From assembly GCA_017631385.1 (NCBI GenBank), contig JAGBTH010000029.1, forward strand, positions 1 to 51,301: 51,301 nucleotides of DNA, written 5' to 3'. Below the pieces are notes generated by a model. The model was not told the origin of the DNA and ran no database searches. It saw only the letters and a list, made by a program, of their open reading frames with translations. Below, piece by piece: positions 1 to 9,329 of the stretch. The stretch's first letter is position 1. Each line of letters opens with the position of its first letter. Source of the stretch: Kiritimatiellia bacterium (GTDB taxonomy: Bacteria > Verrucomicrobiota > Kiritimatiellia > RFP12 > UBA1067). Made by a program: the position numbers and the translations under genes.

Positions 1-381
1 AAAAAGGGTAAGACGATTTAAATTTATATCTTGTTTTGTCGGATTCGTAAGAGTAACCATACCGCGCAAGTACACGACTGACGGCGCTTCCTGAGGAGTG
101 TTCATCTTTAACCCTGAGGCATAAGTCGTATAAGTAACATCCATCGGGCCAAGTTTATCTTTTGTTACGATAGCTTCACGGTCCGACCGTTCCGAAAGGC
201 GCGCGGCAGAAACATTGCCTTTAAGAACGGTCGTCTTCCCCTTGCTCTTAAAGCGCGCATTATCCGCAGCGGTATAAATTTGATTTTCTGCGGTAGTCAC
301 TTCAATGGAAGTATCAAATAAATCGGTATTGTTAGCGATAGTTAGCAGTAATGCTGCAAGCAGGTTAGAAATTGAGATCAT
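1..381 (-). CDS. First 127 codons of a gene running off the left edge; hydrophobic N-terminus, product unknown (weak OstA/LptA-LptC-like strand pattern)
   Basis: ATG at 381-379 on the minus strand, frame open to nt 1 (MISISNLLAALLLTIANNTDLF...). Missing from the ORF track because no stop lies in the window. Confidence 0.4.
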   Translation of the reverse strand, partial: MISISNLLAALLLTIANNTDLFDTSIEVTTAENQIYTAADNARFKSKGKTTVLKGNVSAARLSERSDREAIVTKDKLGPMDVTYTTYASGLKMNTPQEAPSVVYLRGMVTLTNPTKQDINLNRLTLF

Positions 382-508
382 AACTGTAGTTCCTATTTAT
401 TTGTCTTGATTGTATCAAAAATCATTTCACATCGCAATGTTTCGGCATATAGACGGCAGGATATCCTGAATAAAATCAGCGGCTTTATATCATCCGTACA
501 TTCCCAAC

Positions 509-545
509 TTAAAAAATGCACAGAGAGGAATCCCCCTCTGCGCAC
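509..545 (-). terminator. Rho-independent terminator of the 567..3917 gene
   Basis: Imperfect GC-rich hairpin at 517-544, followed on the minus strand by TTTTTT (511-516), about 20 nt after the stop codon. Confidence 0.7.
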
Positions 546-566
546 CTCACTAACATAGCTCACGCA

Positions 567-3500
567 TCAGCGGATGCGGATATAAAAATATTTCGGCGAC
601 ACTTTATATCTAATATTTCCATTTGCCATCTCGGTTCTTACAACCTGCATTTTTTCAACTTCCGTCGTAACTGTTCCCCGATAACCACAATCAGGCAACA
701 TCTCGATCACTCCGCCATTCAAAACAAGGGCTCCGGAAAATCCATCCATACGCCCAGCAAAAATAACCGTACCAGCGCCCCATTTCACAAGCTTGTCACC
801 GCCTTTGACTGCAGGCTCAAGAGTCAACACGGCATTACGCCCGACAGAAATGCCAGCTCCTTTTCCACCATATCCGCCATTGCCATCATTCCCAAGATAG
901 AAGGCCTTCACTTCAGCATTTCCATTTGTGGAAATCGTTGCCGATCCTTCAGGAAGCTGAATCTGAGCCAACTCTGCGCTATCCGCTCCACCATAAAGAA
1001 TCTGTGCTCTATCCGCAGAATCCTGCACCACTACCGTTGAAGCTCCATCTCCAATCACGATATGGTCACGGAAGAAGCGAGAACCGCCATTGGCAGCAAG
1101 ATTCAATGTGCCGTTATTTATAATCCACCCATGCTCAGTGACATCTCCATTCCAACCAGAAAAATCGCGGAGAGCAAGAGTCAAAGTAGAACCACTCTCA
1201 ACCTTGATGACAGGATCCGCCTTCGAATCATTTTCACAGAACGAAAAAGCGTTGTCGCCAACAATTTTAATGGTATTTGTTCCCTTGCGCGAAACAAATC
1301 TCGCTTGAGTATTTACGTGCTTACCTAAATCAAGTGTAGTACCGTCGAGAAAGACCTTAGAAAACCCTCCTGCGCCAGTTCGAACAAGCGTATTCCCATT
1401 CCCGATGCCACCACTCATCTCCAACAAAGCGCCTTCATCAATCTTCGCATTGCATGTTTCTGTTCGCACACGGAGATAACCCGTAATTTTGGCAATGTTT
1501 GACGCGTCTTCCTTATCCGAAAGATGAACCTGCAAAATATCACCGCCACGGTAAAAATCAAAGATTCCGTTTACGCCATTATTCCCATCTCCTCGCCCGC
1601 ACATCTCGGAGCCGCCATAAAGATGAAGAACACTATTACCGCCGAAAGTCCAGCGCGAATCGGCCATATTCAACTTACCGTAAACGTGGACTATCGTTTC
1701 GGTGTTGGCGTCATAAGCTACAGCGTCGCTCGACTTATTAATCCATTCAGCTCCCTCACGGATGTATATCGCTCCCTTTATGGACTTGTCACTCGCCTTG
1801 GTCACCTCAACGCATCCATCAAGGACATCCACAACGCCATCAGATGTAAGGGTCATTGACAGATATCCTGTTGTTTTCAAGACCTCTCCTGCTGCAACAG
1901 TAATATTACCAAAGGCCACCATCTCTTCTGCAGATGCGCCGCCCTCCAAAAGTCTCTCTTTCTTATTTTCAATAACGAGAACGCCGTTTTCATATTTCTT
2001 GGCAACACTCAAATTTTCTGCATCTGCATAAACCTCGATATCATCAACGCTTTCCAGACCTATAACATTCAACGCAACCATCAAATCCACCGGCAAAAGC
2101 TTCACTTTCAGCTTGCCGCCTTCAAGAACAATCGAAGCGGTTCTGCATGTGCCAATATCAAAGACAACTCCTTCACCCACCGTAATTGTCTTCCCTTCCG
2201 GAACTGTCAACCTAGCAGCGGAAACAATCACCTCGCCTTCCGTTTCAGAATCTTTCTCAAATGAGGCATTGCCCGCCAGCTCAAAAGATGTGCCAACGGT
2301 CAGATTGCCAGAAAGAGTAGCCGTAACACCATCCCAAAATCTAAGTTTCTTTGGCGTTCCATAGCCAAAAAACTTAGATTTAACGCCAAGACCCTGCTGG
2401 TTATCCGCGATAATAGCAAGCCCACCCAACAATTGTAATTCGTCAACTGGAATTACGCGATCCGTTGTATTTACAAACTCGGAATTTTCGCGAAGAATAA
2501 GCTTCGTTTCTCCGCCGGCACTATTGAGATTATTCCATGTTGCTACGCTCAATATACCGCTATTCATATCAATAGTTCCAGACCCGGGAGTATTCATGTT
2601 AACGCCACGCACTGCGCCGGTACCAATTTTAGTAAGCGCATACCCCTGCAAATAAAGGTAATATCCAGTGCCGCCAGCACCAATCTTAATATCATAAGCG
2701 CCACCGATAGTTGCATGGTCAGTTAGATAAAGTCCGCCGCAAATGCTACCTGAAGCCCCACTAGACGAGGTAAGTGCCCAAGGCCAATTACCAGTGCCCG
2801 CGCCAGCAATGTGCACAGCCGTAGAAGCATGTATCGTCTGCCCATTCATGTCAAACGTAGCTCCATTGGCGACCTCAAGAACAGGCGTTGCACCCAAAAC
2901 GCTCGCCGACCCCTGCTTCAATACGCCAGAATTTACAATAACTTTTCTAGACGCGACGAACGATCCTCCCTCGCCTAACACAAGCGTTAAAACGGCATCA
3001 TCAGCGCCATTTACGATAAGCATTTCAAGTGATACAACCGCATCAATAGTAAGCGTGGCCGATGCAGCAAGATTCACTGTCACAATTCCAGAAGCAGGAG
3101 CGGACAGCCCACTCCAACTTGCCTCCGAGCCCTCTATCGTCACCGTAGTCCAAGAAAATCCATTCCTTTCCTCGTCTGTTAAGAGCCCTTTATAAACAGC
3201 AATACCCGTAATCTTCATGCCGCTCGCGGAAGGAAGAAGATCAGAACCATCTTTAGCCCTCTCTCCACCAATCGCGCAACCTGTAAGATTAGAATCACTA
3301 CTTGATTTCAAGTTGTTTTTATTATAAATTTCGGTAGCTCCGGATTGCAGATAATAAAGCGAAGTACCTTCTGCGCTGCCATAGCAAAAGGCCAACACGC
3401 CAGAAGTTTTATCCAAAGTAGCACCAGAATTACCCCAATCAGCAGTATTCCAAATGCCTTTAGATGTATTATTATCCTCGCTCAAATAAACTCCAGTTCT

Positions 3501-3917
3501 ATTTACATCTCCTGCACAGCAAGATGTTGCGATAACCTGCTTTTGTCCCAACGTAAGATTAGAATACTTGAAAACCACAGTCATCTGAGAGCCAAAATTT
3601 TCAGGAAAATCCACATTGACACCAACATTCTGAGTAATACTTATATTGGATTTATCTTCGCTAACTGTATTATCTTTAAGATCAATTGTAACCTCATTCT
3701 GCGTAAGCTGAGAGAAATCACCATCCCAGAGAGCGACCAATTCGGCCGCATATGCGCTAGCCGTCCATGCGCCACTCATCACAATTGTAAAAACAATCGA
3801 AAGAATAAACGATAATAAAGAATGAAAATTGAAGCCTCCAACTCTTCCATCTTCACTCTTCATACTTAACGCTAATCTACCCCCGCCCTTGTTTTCTTTG
3901 CAAGTTATAAGGCTCAT
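567..3917 (-). CDS. Large secreted surface protein: signal/anchor, LamG/ConA-like lectin domain, long beta-helical region with autotransporter-associated (PATR-type) beta-strand repeats
   Basis: 1116-aa ORF. Hydrophobic segment FHSLLSFILSIVFTIVMSGAWTASAYA. Gly/Asn/Thr-rich repetitive beta-strand sequence. C-terminal KWGAGTVIFAGRMDGFSGALVLNGGVIEM resembles the PATR repeat. An alternative start MKSEDG lies at 3863. Confidence 0.8.
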   Translation of the reverse strand: MSLITCKENKGGGRLALSMKSEDGRVGGFNFHSLLSFILSIVFTIVMSGAWTASAYAAELVALWDGDFSQLTQNEVTIDLKDNTVSEDKSNISITQNVGVNVDFPENFGSQMTVVFKYSNLTLGQKQVIATSCCAGDVNRTGVYLSEDNNTSKGIWNTADWGNSGATLDKTSGVLAFCYGSAEGTSLYYLQSGATEIYNKNNLKSSSDSNLTGCAIGGERAKDGSDLLPSASGMKITGIAVYKGLLTDEERNGFSWTTVTIEGSEASWSGLSAPASGIVTVNLAASATLTIDAVVSLEMLIVNGADDAVLTLVLGEGGSFVASRKVIVNSGVLKQGSASVLGATPVLEVANGATFDMNGQTIHASTAVHIAGAGTGNWPWALTSSSGASGSICGGLYLTDHATIGGAYDIKIGAGGTGYYLYLQGYALTKIGTGAVRGVNMNTPGSGTIDMNSGILSVATWNNLNSAGGETKLILRENSEFVNTTDRVIPVDELQLLGGLAIIADNQQGLGVKSKFFGYGTPKKLRFWDGVTATLSGNLTVGTSFELAGNASFEKDSETEGEVIVSAARLTVPEGKTITVGEGVVFDIGTCRTASIVLEGGKLKVKLLPVDLMVALNVIGLESVDDIEVYADAENLSVAKKYENGVLVIENKKERLLEGGASAEEMVAFGNITVAAGEVLKTTGYLSMTLTSDGVVDVLDGCVEVTKASDKSIKGAIYIREGAEWINKSSDAVAYDANTETIVHVYGKLNMADSRWTFGGNSVLHLYGGSEMCGRGDGNNGVNGIFDFYRGGDILQVHLSDKEDASNIAKITGYLRVRTETCNAKIDEGALLEMSGGIGNGNTLVRTGAGGFSKVFLDGTTLDLGKHVNTQARFVSRKGTNTIKIVGDNAFSFCENDSKADPVIKVESGSTLTLALRDFSGWNGDVTEHGWIINNGTLNLAANGGSRFFRDHIVIGDGASTVVVQDSADRAQILYGGADSAELAQIQLPEGSATISTNGNAEVKAFYLGNDGNGGYGGKGAGISVGRNAVLTLEPAVKGGDKLVKWGAGTVIFAGRMDGFSGALVLNGGVIEMLPDCGYRGTVTTEVEKMQVVRTEMANGNIRYKVSPKYFYIRIR

Positions 3918-4013
3918 TGGATAATCCTTTCTTTAACATTTTGTTTAATTTTATCAAATTACACCATTGCCTGCAATGGTAATTTAAATTTAAATTCGCG
4001 CAGTAAAGCACCC

Positions 4014-4041
4014 AAGAATTTTCCGCATAAAATTCTCATTT
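4014..4041. repeat. Left copy of a perfect 28-bp inverted repeat (AAGAATTTTCCGCATAAAATTCTCATTT), itself containing the palindrome AGAATTTT-N6-AAAATTCT
   Basis: Exact reverse complement of 5393-5420. Lies 97-124 bp upstream of the start of the surface-protein gene. Confidence 0.9.
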
Positions 4042-4319
4042 CCAAAATCCTTCACAGGCTTCTTTTTCCAAAAGACACTAAGAAATTCTCTTCCGTACCC
4101 AAAACTTCTTCTCTTCTTCCAACAAAATCCAGTTCCACCCCACCCCATCATCGCACTATTCCCCTAGACCAACCTCTTCACCATATCCCTTTCCAATAAA
4201 AAGCCTTTCAATCCAATAAAAACCACGTAATAAAACAACAAAATCCCGATTTTTAACAATACTTCCCCATCGCGATAAACTTCTCATCGCGTCATAACTT
4301 GAAAATTTTCAATTCGGGA

Positions 4320-5264
4320 TTACGTTTTCGCCCGCCGCCGCACCTTACTTCGCCGCTCATTCCCCTTCCGCTGCTCTTTCCGCACCTTCGGCGCATCGAG
4401 CATCACCGTCTCGGGCGCGAGCATATACTCAAGCGCCGCAAAAACATGCGAGAAAATCGGCTTCTCGTCCGCTAATATAGTCTTTACCGCCTCATGATAA
4501 GGCTTCTTAAGCAACTTCGACGTCGGCTTCGGATCTTTAGTCTCCGTCACCTGTCTCAACCTCACAGCAAGAGCCTTATAGCGCATAAGCGTCTTATACT
4601 TCGCCGAAAGCTCGGGCATATTGTCCCTAAGCCATCCTCGAATCCCGCGATTGCGCCCGACAACCTTACCGTTTTCATCGATTTTCAGATAATTATCGAC
4701 ATAACATTCCAAATCGTGAATCATCCCGCCAAGTCGAATCATCGCCTCGCGGGAAGTTTTACGCTCATCCCACGCCTTAAGAAGTTCTTCCGGAGTAGGC
4801 ATAGATGCAGTCGTTCTGCGGCGATTGATTTTACGCCGCTCTATGGCCAATTGACGTCGGCGCTCGACTTCACGGGCATAATAAAACGGGCGACGAATAC
4901 GGCGCAAATCACGCATAAGTTCGCGCTTTATCCTGTCGCGTTCGACCGGGTCGGTGAGTTTGCGAACAGTATCACGCATAGCGATACCAATATCAACCGC
5001 AGCACAAGCCAGCAAAACAAGCGGATTAAATGAAGAATCGAACTCCTTTGAAGAATTCTGATACTTAAACCAATCTTTACTGTTCCACACGCCGTCCGCC
5101 CTTTCACGCATCCGAGGACGATATGTATGCTTATCGAGATACTTCCCGGTATATGTACGCGCTTCGCTGTACGTCCATCCGTAATGATAGGCGTAGTAAT
5201 AAGCGGAATGTTGATATTTTTTACGCATAGATTTTATTTTGCGGTTGCTTTCATGACAAAACAT
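4320..5264 (-). CDS. Hypothetical highly basic protein (Arg/Lys-rich; possible nucleic-acid binding)
   Basis: 314-aa ORF with no family recognised by eye. An alternative start MRKKYQ lies at 5228. Sits between the two 28-bp inverted repeats. Confidence 0.6.
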   Translation of the reverse strand: MFCHESNRKIKSMRKKYQHSAYYYAYHYGWTYSEARTYTGKYLDKHTYRPRMRERADGVWNSKDWFKYQNSSKEFDSSFNPLVLLACAAVDIGIAMRDTVRKLTDPVERDRIKRELMRDLRRIRRPFYYAREVERRRQLAIERRKINRRRTTASMPTPEELLKAWDERKTSREAMIRLGGMIHDLECYVDNYLKIDENGKVVGRNRGIRGWLRDNMPELSAKYKTLMRYKALAVRLRQVTETKDPKPTSKLLKKPYHEAVKTILADEKPIFSHVFAALEYMLAPETVMLDAPKVRKEQRKGNERRSKVRRRAKT

Positions 5265-5392
5265 TACTAAAAAAAAGCGGTTTTCTTAGAGTTGCGAATT
5301 TCTTAGGAATAGAATTTTCTATATCCCTAATTTACCCTATAAAGACCCTTCTTTGAAGTTAAGATTTTATCAACTGAGAACAGTATATCATA

Positions 5393-5420
5393 AAATGAGA
5401 ATTTTATGCGGAAAATTCTT
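5393..5420. repeat. Right copy of the perfect 28-bp inverted repeat
   Basis: AAATGAGAATTTTATGCGGAAAATTCTT is the reverse complement of 4014-4041. Lies 129-156 bp upstream of the 4320..5264 start. Confidence 0.9.
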
Positions 5421-5503
5421 TGCCTAAAACGCTCGCCTAAATAGTCGTCACCTTAATCCTAAAGTATGTGCAAGTTTCTCATGCGTTTACCATCCAAGAT
5501 TTC

Positions 5504-5848
5504 TCACAATCGAAAAATAAAATATGATAATATACCAATGAAAACAGGAGGGGAAGAACCCCCTCTGGTATCATATGAAGTATATGCTGCAGTATCTGCA
5601 TTTCCAAACCAGACACAATTTGTAAATGCGGAATTACCACAAGCCCCAGTTAATTTAACAATACCGCCATATTTGCCACCTTTATTCTCCTTCCCTATAA
5701 ATTTGCAACCGATAGCGACAACAGGCGAATTGGCAGAAAAGGCAGCTCCGCCAGTAGCATCACGCATATTTGCAGTCGATCCATTACCCACAAATGAACA
5801 ATCATTAAGAATAATTTTTTTCAATGATTTATACGAATGGCTTACCAT
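5504..5848 (-). pseudogene. Fragment of a right-handed beta-helix (Pmp-like GGA / FxxN repeat) surface protein
   Basis: 114-aa ORF with GGAAFSANS...FIGKEN...FTNCVWFGN motifs. It has no signal peptide and is far shorter than typical members. Confidence 0.35.
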
Positions 5849-5950
5849 TACTGCTATTAAAATTAAATTCTACATCGTCTTCAATAATAACAGGAGCTCC
5901 TTGGGCAAAACTTTTAGAAGCACTTCAAGCGAGAAAGTGTTTGACAGGGG

Positions 5951-6817
5951 TTAGAGCAAATCCAAAACCCGTACAGCTCCAATATTCGGTTGAGCTGGGT
6001 CTGCGTAGTATTTAGTAATAGTTTTAATATCATCACCGGAAATAGACACCGCCATTTCTGCGCCAAACTTCTGATAGATATGGTCGATACAAATCTTTCT
6101 AAGCTCATACGCCGCCTTTGAGCCATGAAAGCCGAGATTCCTTAAATCGCGATTTATATCATCGAATGTCTCTTTTGTAACATCCAGCCCCGACAATCGC
6201 CCATAATCATCGAACTTCTGCCATATCTCAGGATGAATAGGCCAATAAACCCGCCGCGCCGATGTAAGTTCCGTCTTATGCGGCGTATATGACAAAAACT
6301 TTCCATTCTCATTCTCTACGAAATTAGAATCCTTAAGTCTCAGTACATCTCCATTTCTCATTGCAAACTCGAGCATCATTGTTGCCGCAAACCAATACTC
6401 ACCTTCTTGCAATCTGTACCAGTTTTTAACCCTTGCTAACAACTCACTCGACGGTCTAATATAACGCGGCGCCTGCGCTCGAAACGCCGGTAACTCCAAC
6501 TTTGGAATCTCCCAACCAGCATCTTTATAATACGGTAGACACCATTTAGCGAAAAGTCCCCTTAATTTACAAATATAGCTCCACGCAGATAGTCGCGTCA
6601 TACCCCTAACCATAAAATCAGCAAGAGCCCTATCAATCGCCCTTCGCGTCAACGCCTCTACACTATCGCCCAATGCTACACCAGCAGCATTACAAACGGC
6701 AACCGTTCCTCTCAAAACATTTTTCTTCGTCCCTTCCCCAGGCCGACCAGTCTTCGCCCGCTCAATATCAGCGATTATTTTGTAGCATTTCAGTACTTGC
6801 ACAATCGTTGGTGTCAT
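5951..6817 (-). CDS. Divergent tyrosine-recombinase-like protein (288 aa)
   Basis: The track ORF 5951..7684 is trimmed to the ATG at 6817, which is preceded by AGGAGAG. Motif pattern: AMRNGD (Arg I), HKTELTSARRVYWPIHPEI (Lys strand), AAYELRK in place of HxLRH, SGDDIKTITKYY in place of LGHSxxxxTxxY. Confidence 0.5.
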   Translation of the reverse strand: MTPTIVQVLKCYKIIADIERAKTGRPGEGTKKNVLRGTVAVCNAAGVALGDSVEALTRRAIDRALADFMVRGMTRLSAWSYICKLRGLFAKWCLPYYKDAGWEIPKLELPAFRAQAPRYIRPSSELLARVKNWYRLQEGEYWFAATMMLEFAMRNGDVLRLKDSNFVENENGKFLSYTPHKTELTSARRVYWPIHPEIWQKFDDYGRLSGLDVTKETFDDINRDLRNLGFHGSKAAYELRKICIDHIYQKFGAEMAVSISGDDIKTITKYYADPAQPNIGAVRVLDLL

Positions 6818-7615
6818 ATATCTCTCCTTTTTGTCTTCTATTTTACATTTTATTACTGTGTTGCAGTAACGTTCGGATTGGAGTCCGCGAATATTGTTGG
6901 ATACCAGAATCAGGATTTGACTGGATCGCAGTACAATTCTGTTGGTGCTACTTTTGTCTCGGCTGGCAAGGATACATTCAAGCTCGGCGACATTACGGTT
7001 GAGGGCTTCCAGTATGATACTGAAATTCTTCAGGTTCTCAGCACTGAAAATGCGGCTACGATTGCACAATATGTCTATGTCACTCCTGAATGGGATGAAG
7101 AAGACTTTGATGGCGATGGCGCGGCAGTTGGCTGGTGGATTAAGGGCATGGAAGGCGAAGACGAAGGTCGTGCTGACAATATTGAGTTTGCTCCAGGCCA
7201 GGCGTTTCTTGCCAATTTTGTTTATAAGAAAGCTAAAATGACATATGCTGGCGAAGTAAAGCAAGGTGCTACTGAGCTCGATTTTACTGGTAAGCAGTAT
7301 GTTTTGGTAGCTAACTTCCTCCCGAAGGACATCAAGCTTGGAGAAGTTGCTGTTGAAGGTTTCCAGTATGACACCGAAATTCTTCAGGTTTTGAGCGCTT
7401 CTAATGCGGCTACGATTGCGCAATATGTTTATGTCACTCCTGAATGGGACGAGGAAGACTTTGATGGTGATGGCGCGGCAGTTGGCTGGTGGATCAAGGG
7501 TATGGAAGGTGAAGAGGGCGGCTCTGCCAATGATGTCGTTTGGAAGGCTGGCCAGGCAATGCTCGGCAACTTTGTGTACAAGAAAGCAAAGATGACCTTC
7601 CCCTCCGCTCTCTAA
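6797..7615 (+). CDS. Tandem two-domain 'IVGY-family' protein, cassette 1 gene 1 (function unknown); 31-codon hydrophobic leader then NIVGY
   Basis: 272-aa ORF. Internal direct duplication with a 354-bp period (EGFQYDTEILQVLS...GAAVGWWIKGMEGE twice). Paralogous to 16356..17075 and to the partial gene at the window end. The start overlaps the 5' end of the recombinase-like gene, so the true start is uncertain. Confidence 0.7.
   Translation: MHNRWCHISLLFVFYFTFYYCVAVTFGLESANIVGYQNQDLTGSQYNSVGATFVSAGKDTFKLGDITVEGFQYDTEILQVLSTENAATIAQYVYVTPEWDEEDFDGDGAAVGWWIKGMEGEDEGRADNIEFAPGQAFLANFVYKKAKMTYAGEVKQGATELDFTGKQYVLVANFLPKDIKLGEVAVEGFQYDTEILQVLSASNAATIAQYVYVTPEWDEEDFDGDGAAVGWWIKGMEGEEGGSANDVVWKAGQAMLGNFVYKKAKMTFPSAL
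6889..6903 (+). repeat. 15-bp core GAATATTGTTGGATA, identical to 51156-51170 (candidate att core or recombination site)
   Basis: Exact direct repeat. In both copies it encodes (x)NIVGY, lies 70-125 bp from a divergent recombinase start, and is exactly 31 codons after an in-frame ATG. Confidence 0.6.
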
Positions 7616-7670
7616 GAGAATTTCGTACGATGCATAGTGTATCGTGCTAAAACAAAAAAGGAAACAAAAA

Positions 7671-8201
7671 ATGAAGAAAATCATGATTATGCTTAGTGCG
7701 ATCGCTCTCGCTGTTTGCGCTAATGCTGCTTCAGTAAACTGGCAGTCCGGCGCTGTCTATACGACAGACGGTACCGCTAAGGTTGGCAAGGGCAACACCG
7801 ATTACCTCGTTACCATCAACTTCTTTACGGATGCTGCTGGTGCGAACGCCGTTACTGGTTTGACGGGCGATCTTTCGCTCGGTCAGGCGGGAACTGGCTC
7901 CAAGTATTCGGGCACGGTTGATGGCTTTGCCGCTGGTACAACCTACTATACTCAGATCCTCATTACGACCGAAGGTTTTGAGGCAAAGTCTGCGATCGTC
8001 GCATTCACGACTCCCTCTAACGGAAATGTCGCCTTGAACTTCTCCGATGGTGGTGGTTTTGATACCGAGTATACCTTCAGCACTCAGACTGCTGGTGCTT
8101 GGCAGGCTACTGGTTCTTCGGGCGATGTCCCGGAGCCGACTTCTGGTCTCCTTCTCCTCGTTGGTGCTGCTGCCCTCGCTCTCAAGCGTAAGGTTGCTTA
8201 A
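7671..8201 (+). CDS. PEP-CTERM sorting-domain secreted protein (cassette 1 gene 2)
   Basis: AAGGAAA RBS. Signal peptide MKKIMIMLSAIALAVCANA. C-terminal VPEPTSGLLLLVGAAALALKRKVA is a PEP motif plus TM helix plus basic tail. Confidence 0.85.
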   Translation: MKKIMIMLSAIALAVCANAASVNWQSGAVYTTDGTAKVGKGNTDYLVTINFFTDAAGANAVTGLTGDLSLGQAGTGSKYSGTVDGFAAGTTYYTQILITTEGFEAKSAIVAFTTPSNGNVALNFSDGGGFDTEYTFSTQTAGAWQATGSSGDVPEPTSGLLLLVGAAALALKRKVA

Positions 8202-8223
8202 TCCAATAGGATAAACAAACCAT

Positions 8224-8262
8224 AAGGCCCGACCGCATCGCGCGGGCGGGCCTTTGACATTT
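8224..8262 (+). terminator. Rho-independent terminator after the PEP-CTERM gene
   Basis: 12-bp GC-rich stem with one mismatch (aaggcccgaccgc / gcgggcgggcctt) and a 5-nt loop, followed by a T-containing tail. Confidence 0.65.
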
Positions 8263-8277
8263 TAGGGGCGAAGCGTA

Positions 8278-9294
8278 ATGACATGGCAAGTTACATACAG
8301 AGATAAAAACGGATCTCGCGCATACGAATATATTGAAGCCGATTCCAAGAATGCGGTTTTTGCTGTTTTGAAGGAAAAAGGCATAAATGCGATTTCAGTA
8401 GTGGAATCTAATTCCAAGGTCAAGCGCAAGCAACCTAAAGCACGAAAGGTTTCGTCTTTCGGCATAAGGCCACCTTATATTTTAGCAGTCGGATTTTTGG
8501 CGGCCAGTGCGATATTTTTGGCAGTGTTCGTTGACTGGGGCGAAAAAGACAAAAGCACGAACGAAGAGATAAAACCCACCCCCCCAAAAAAAGAGCTCAG
8601 CGCAGTTCCGAAACATATTGAGGCACCGCGTGAACCGAAGGAAGAGTACATCAAACCTGAAGAGCCAAAGCATGTCATGGTTGACGGCAGAAAGGTTTAC
8701 AGAAGCGCGACCAATGATGTCGGCAAGGTTGTCACCAATGCATTCGGCAAGACCATGATCATTGAGCGGGTTGTTACGCCCAGCGGTCCCATGAAAAACG
8801 GAGAATCGTTGACTCCGCGCAGGATTTTCAAATATGACAGTGAAGTCGCCATCGATACGCTGATGAACATGGATGTCGGATACAAATCCCTTATGATGCT
8901 ACCAGCGAACATGGATGAAGACTTCAAGAAGGCTTTAGCGGAGAAGATTGAAATTCTGCCCGAGGACAGCGAAGATGAAATTCGGCGCAAGAACGAAATG
9001 ATAGAACTTAAAAAGGAACTTGGACAACGAATAGCAGCCGGAGAAAAGATTTCGCAGATTGCTGCCGAAACTCTCGCACATTACAATAAAATCGCAAATA
9101 TCCGCGATACTCTTTTGCAGGAAATCATCAAGTCGGAGGATGAGGGCATGAGCGGAGATGAGCTGGAGGATCTTTACGAGGCGGCAAATACGATGCTCAA
9201 GGAATATGACGCGCTGCCGATTCATTCACCGAAGGTTCGCAAAGCCATCATCAGAGAGAGGCTTGAGCGCAACAAGGCAAGGCGTAGGCAATAA
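8278..9294 (+). CDS. Single-pass membrane protein with a GspF/PilC-N-terminal-like beta-alpha-beta domain and a conserved C-terminal helical domain (cassette 1 gene 3)
   Basis: 338 aa. N-terminus MTWQVTYRDKNGSRAYEYIEADSKNAVFAVLKEKGINAISV. TM helix PPYILAVGFLAASAIFLAVFV. The C-terminal ...EILPEDSEDE...IAAGEKI pattern is shared with 10106, 12580 and 14243. Confidence 0.7.
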   Translation: MTWQVTYRDKNGSRAYEYIEADSKNAVFAVLKEKGINAISVVESNSKVKRKQPKARKVSSFGIRPPYILAVGFLAASAIFLAVFVDWGEKDKSTNEEIKPTPPKKELSAVPKHIEAPREPKEEYIKPEEPKHVMVDGRKVYRSATNDVGKVVTNAFGKTMIIERVVTPSGPMKNGESLTPRRIFKYDSEVAIDTLMNMDVGYKSLMMLPANMDEDFKKALAEKIEILPEDSEDEIRRKNEMIELKKELGQRIAAGEKISQIAAETLAHYNKIANIRDTLLQEIIKSEDEGMSGDELEDLYEAANTMLKEYDALPIHSPKVRKAIIRERLERNKARRRQ

Positions 9295-9329
9295 CAATAG
9301 AAAGAATTTAACATTAAAGGAGATTCACC

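Noticed and set aside
6818-7684. The N-terminal 289 residues of the 577-aa minus-strand ORF 5951..7684
   Set aside because: This part is the antisense shadow of the repeat-containing plus-strand gene 6797..7615. The recombinase-like similarity and a good RBS begin at the internal ATG at 6817.
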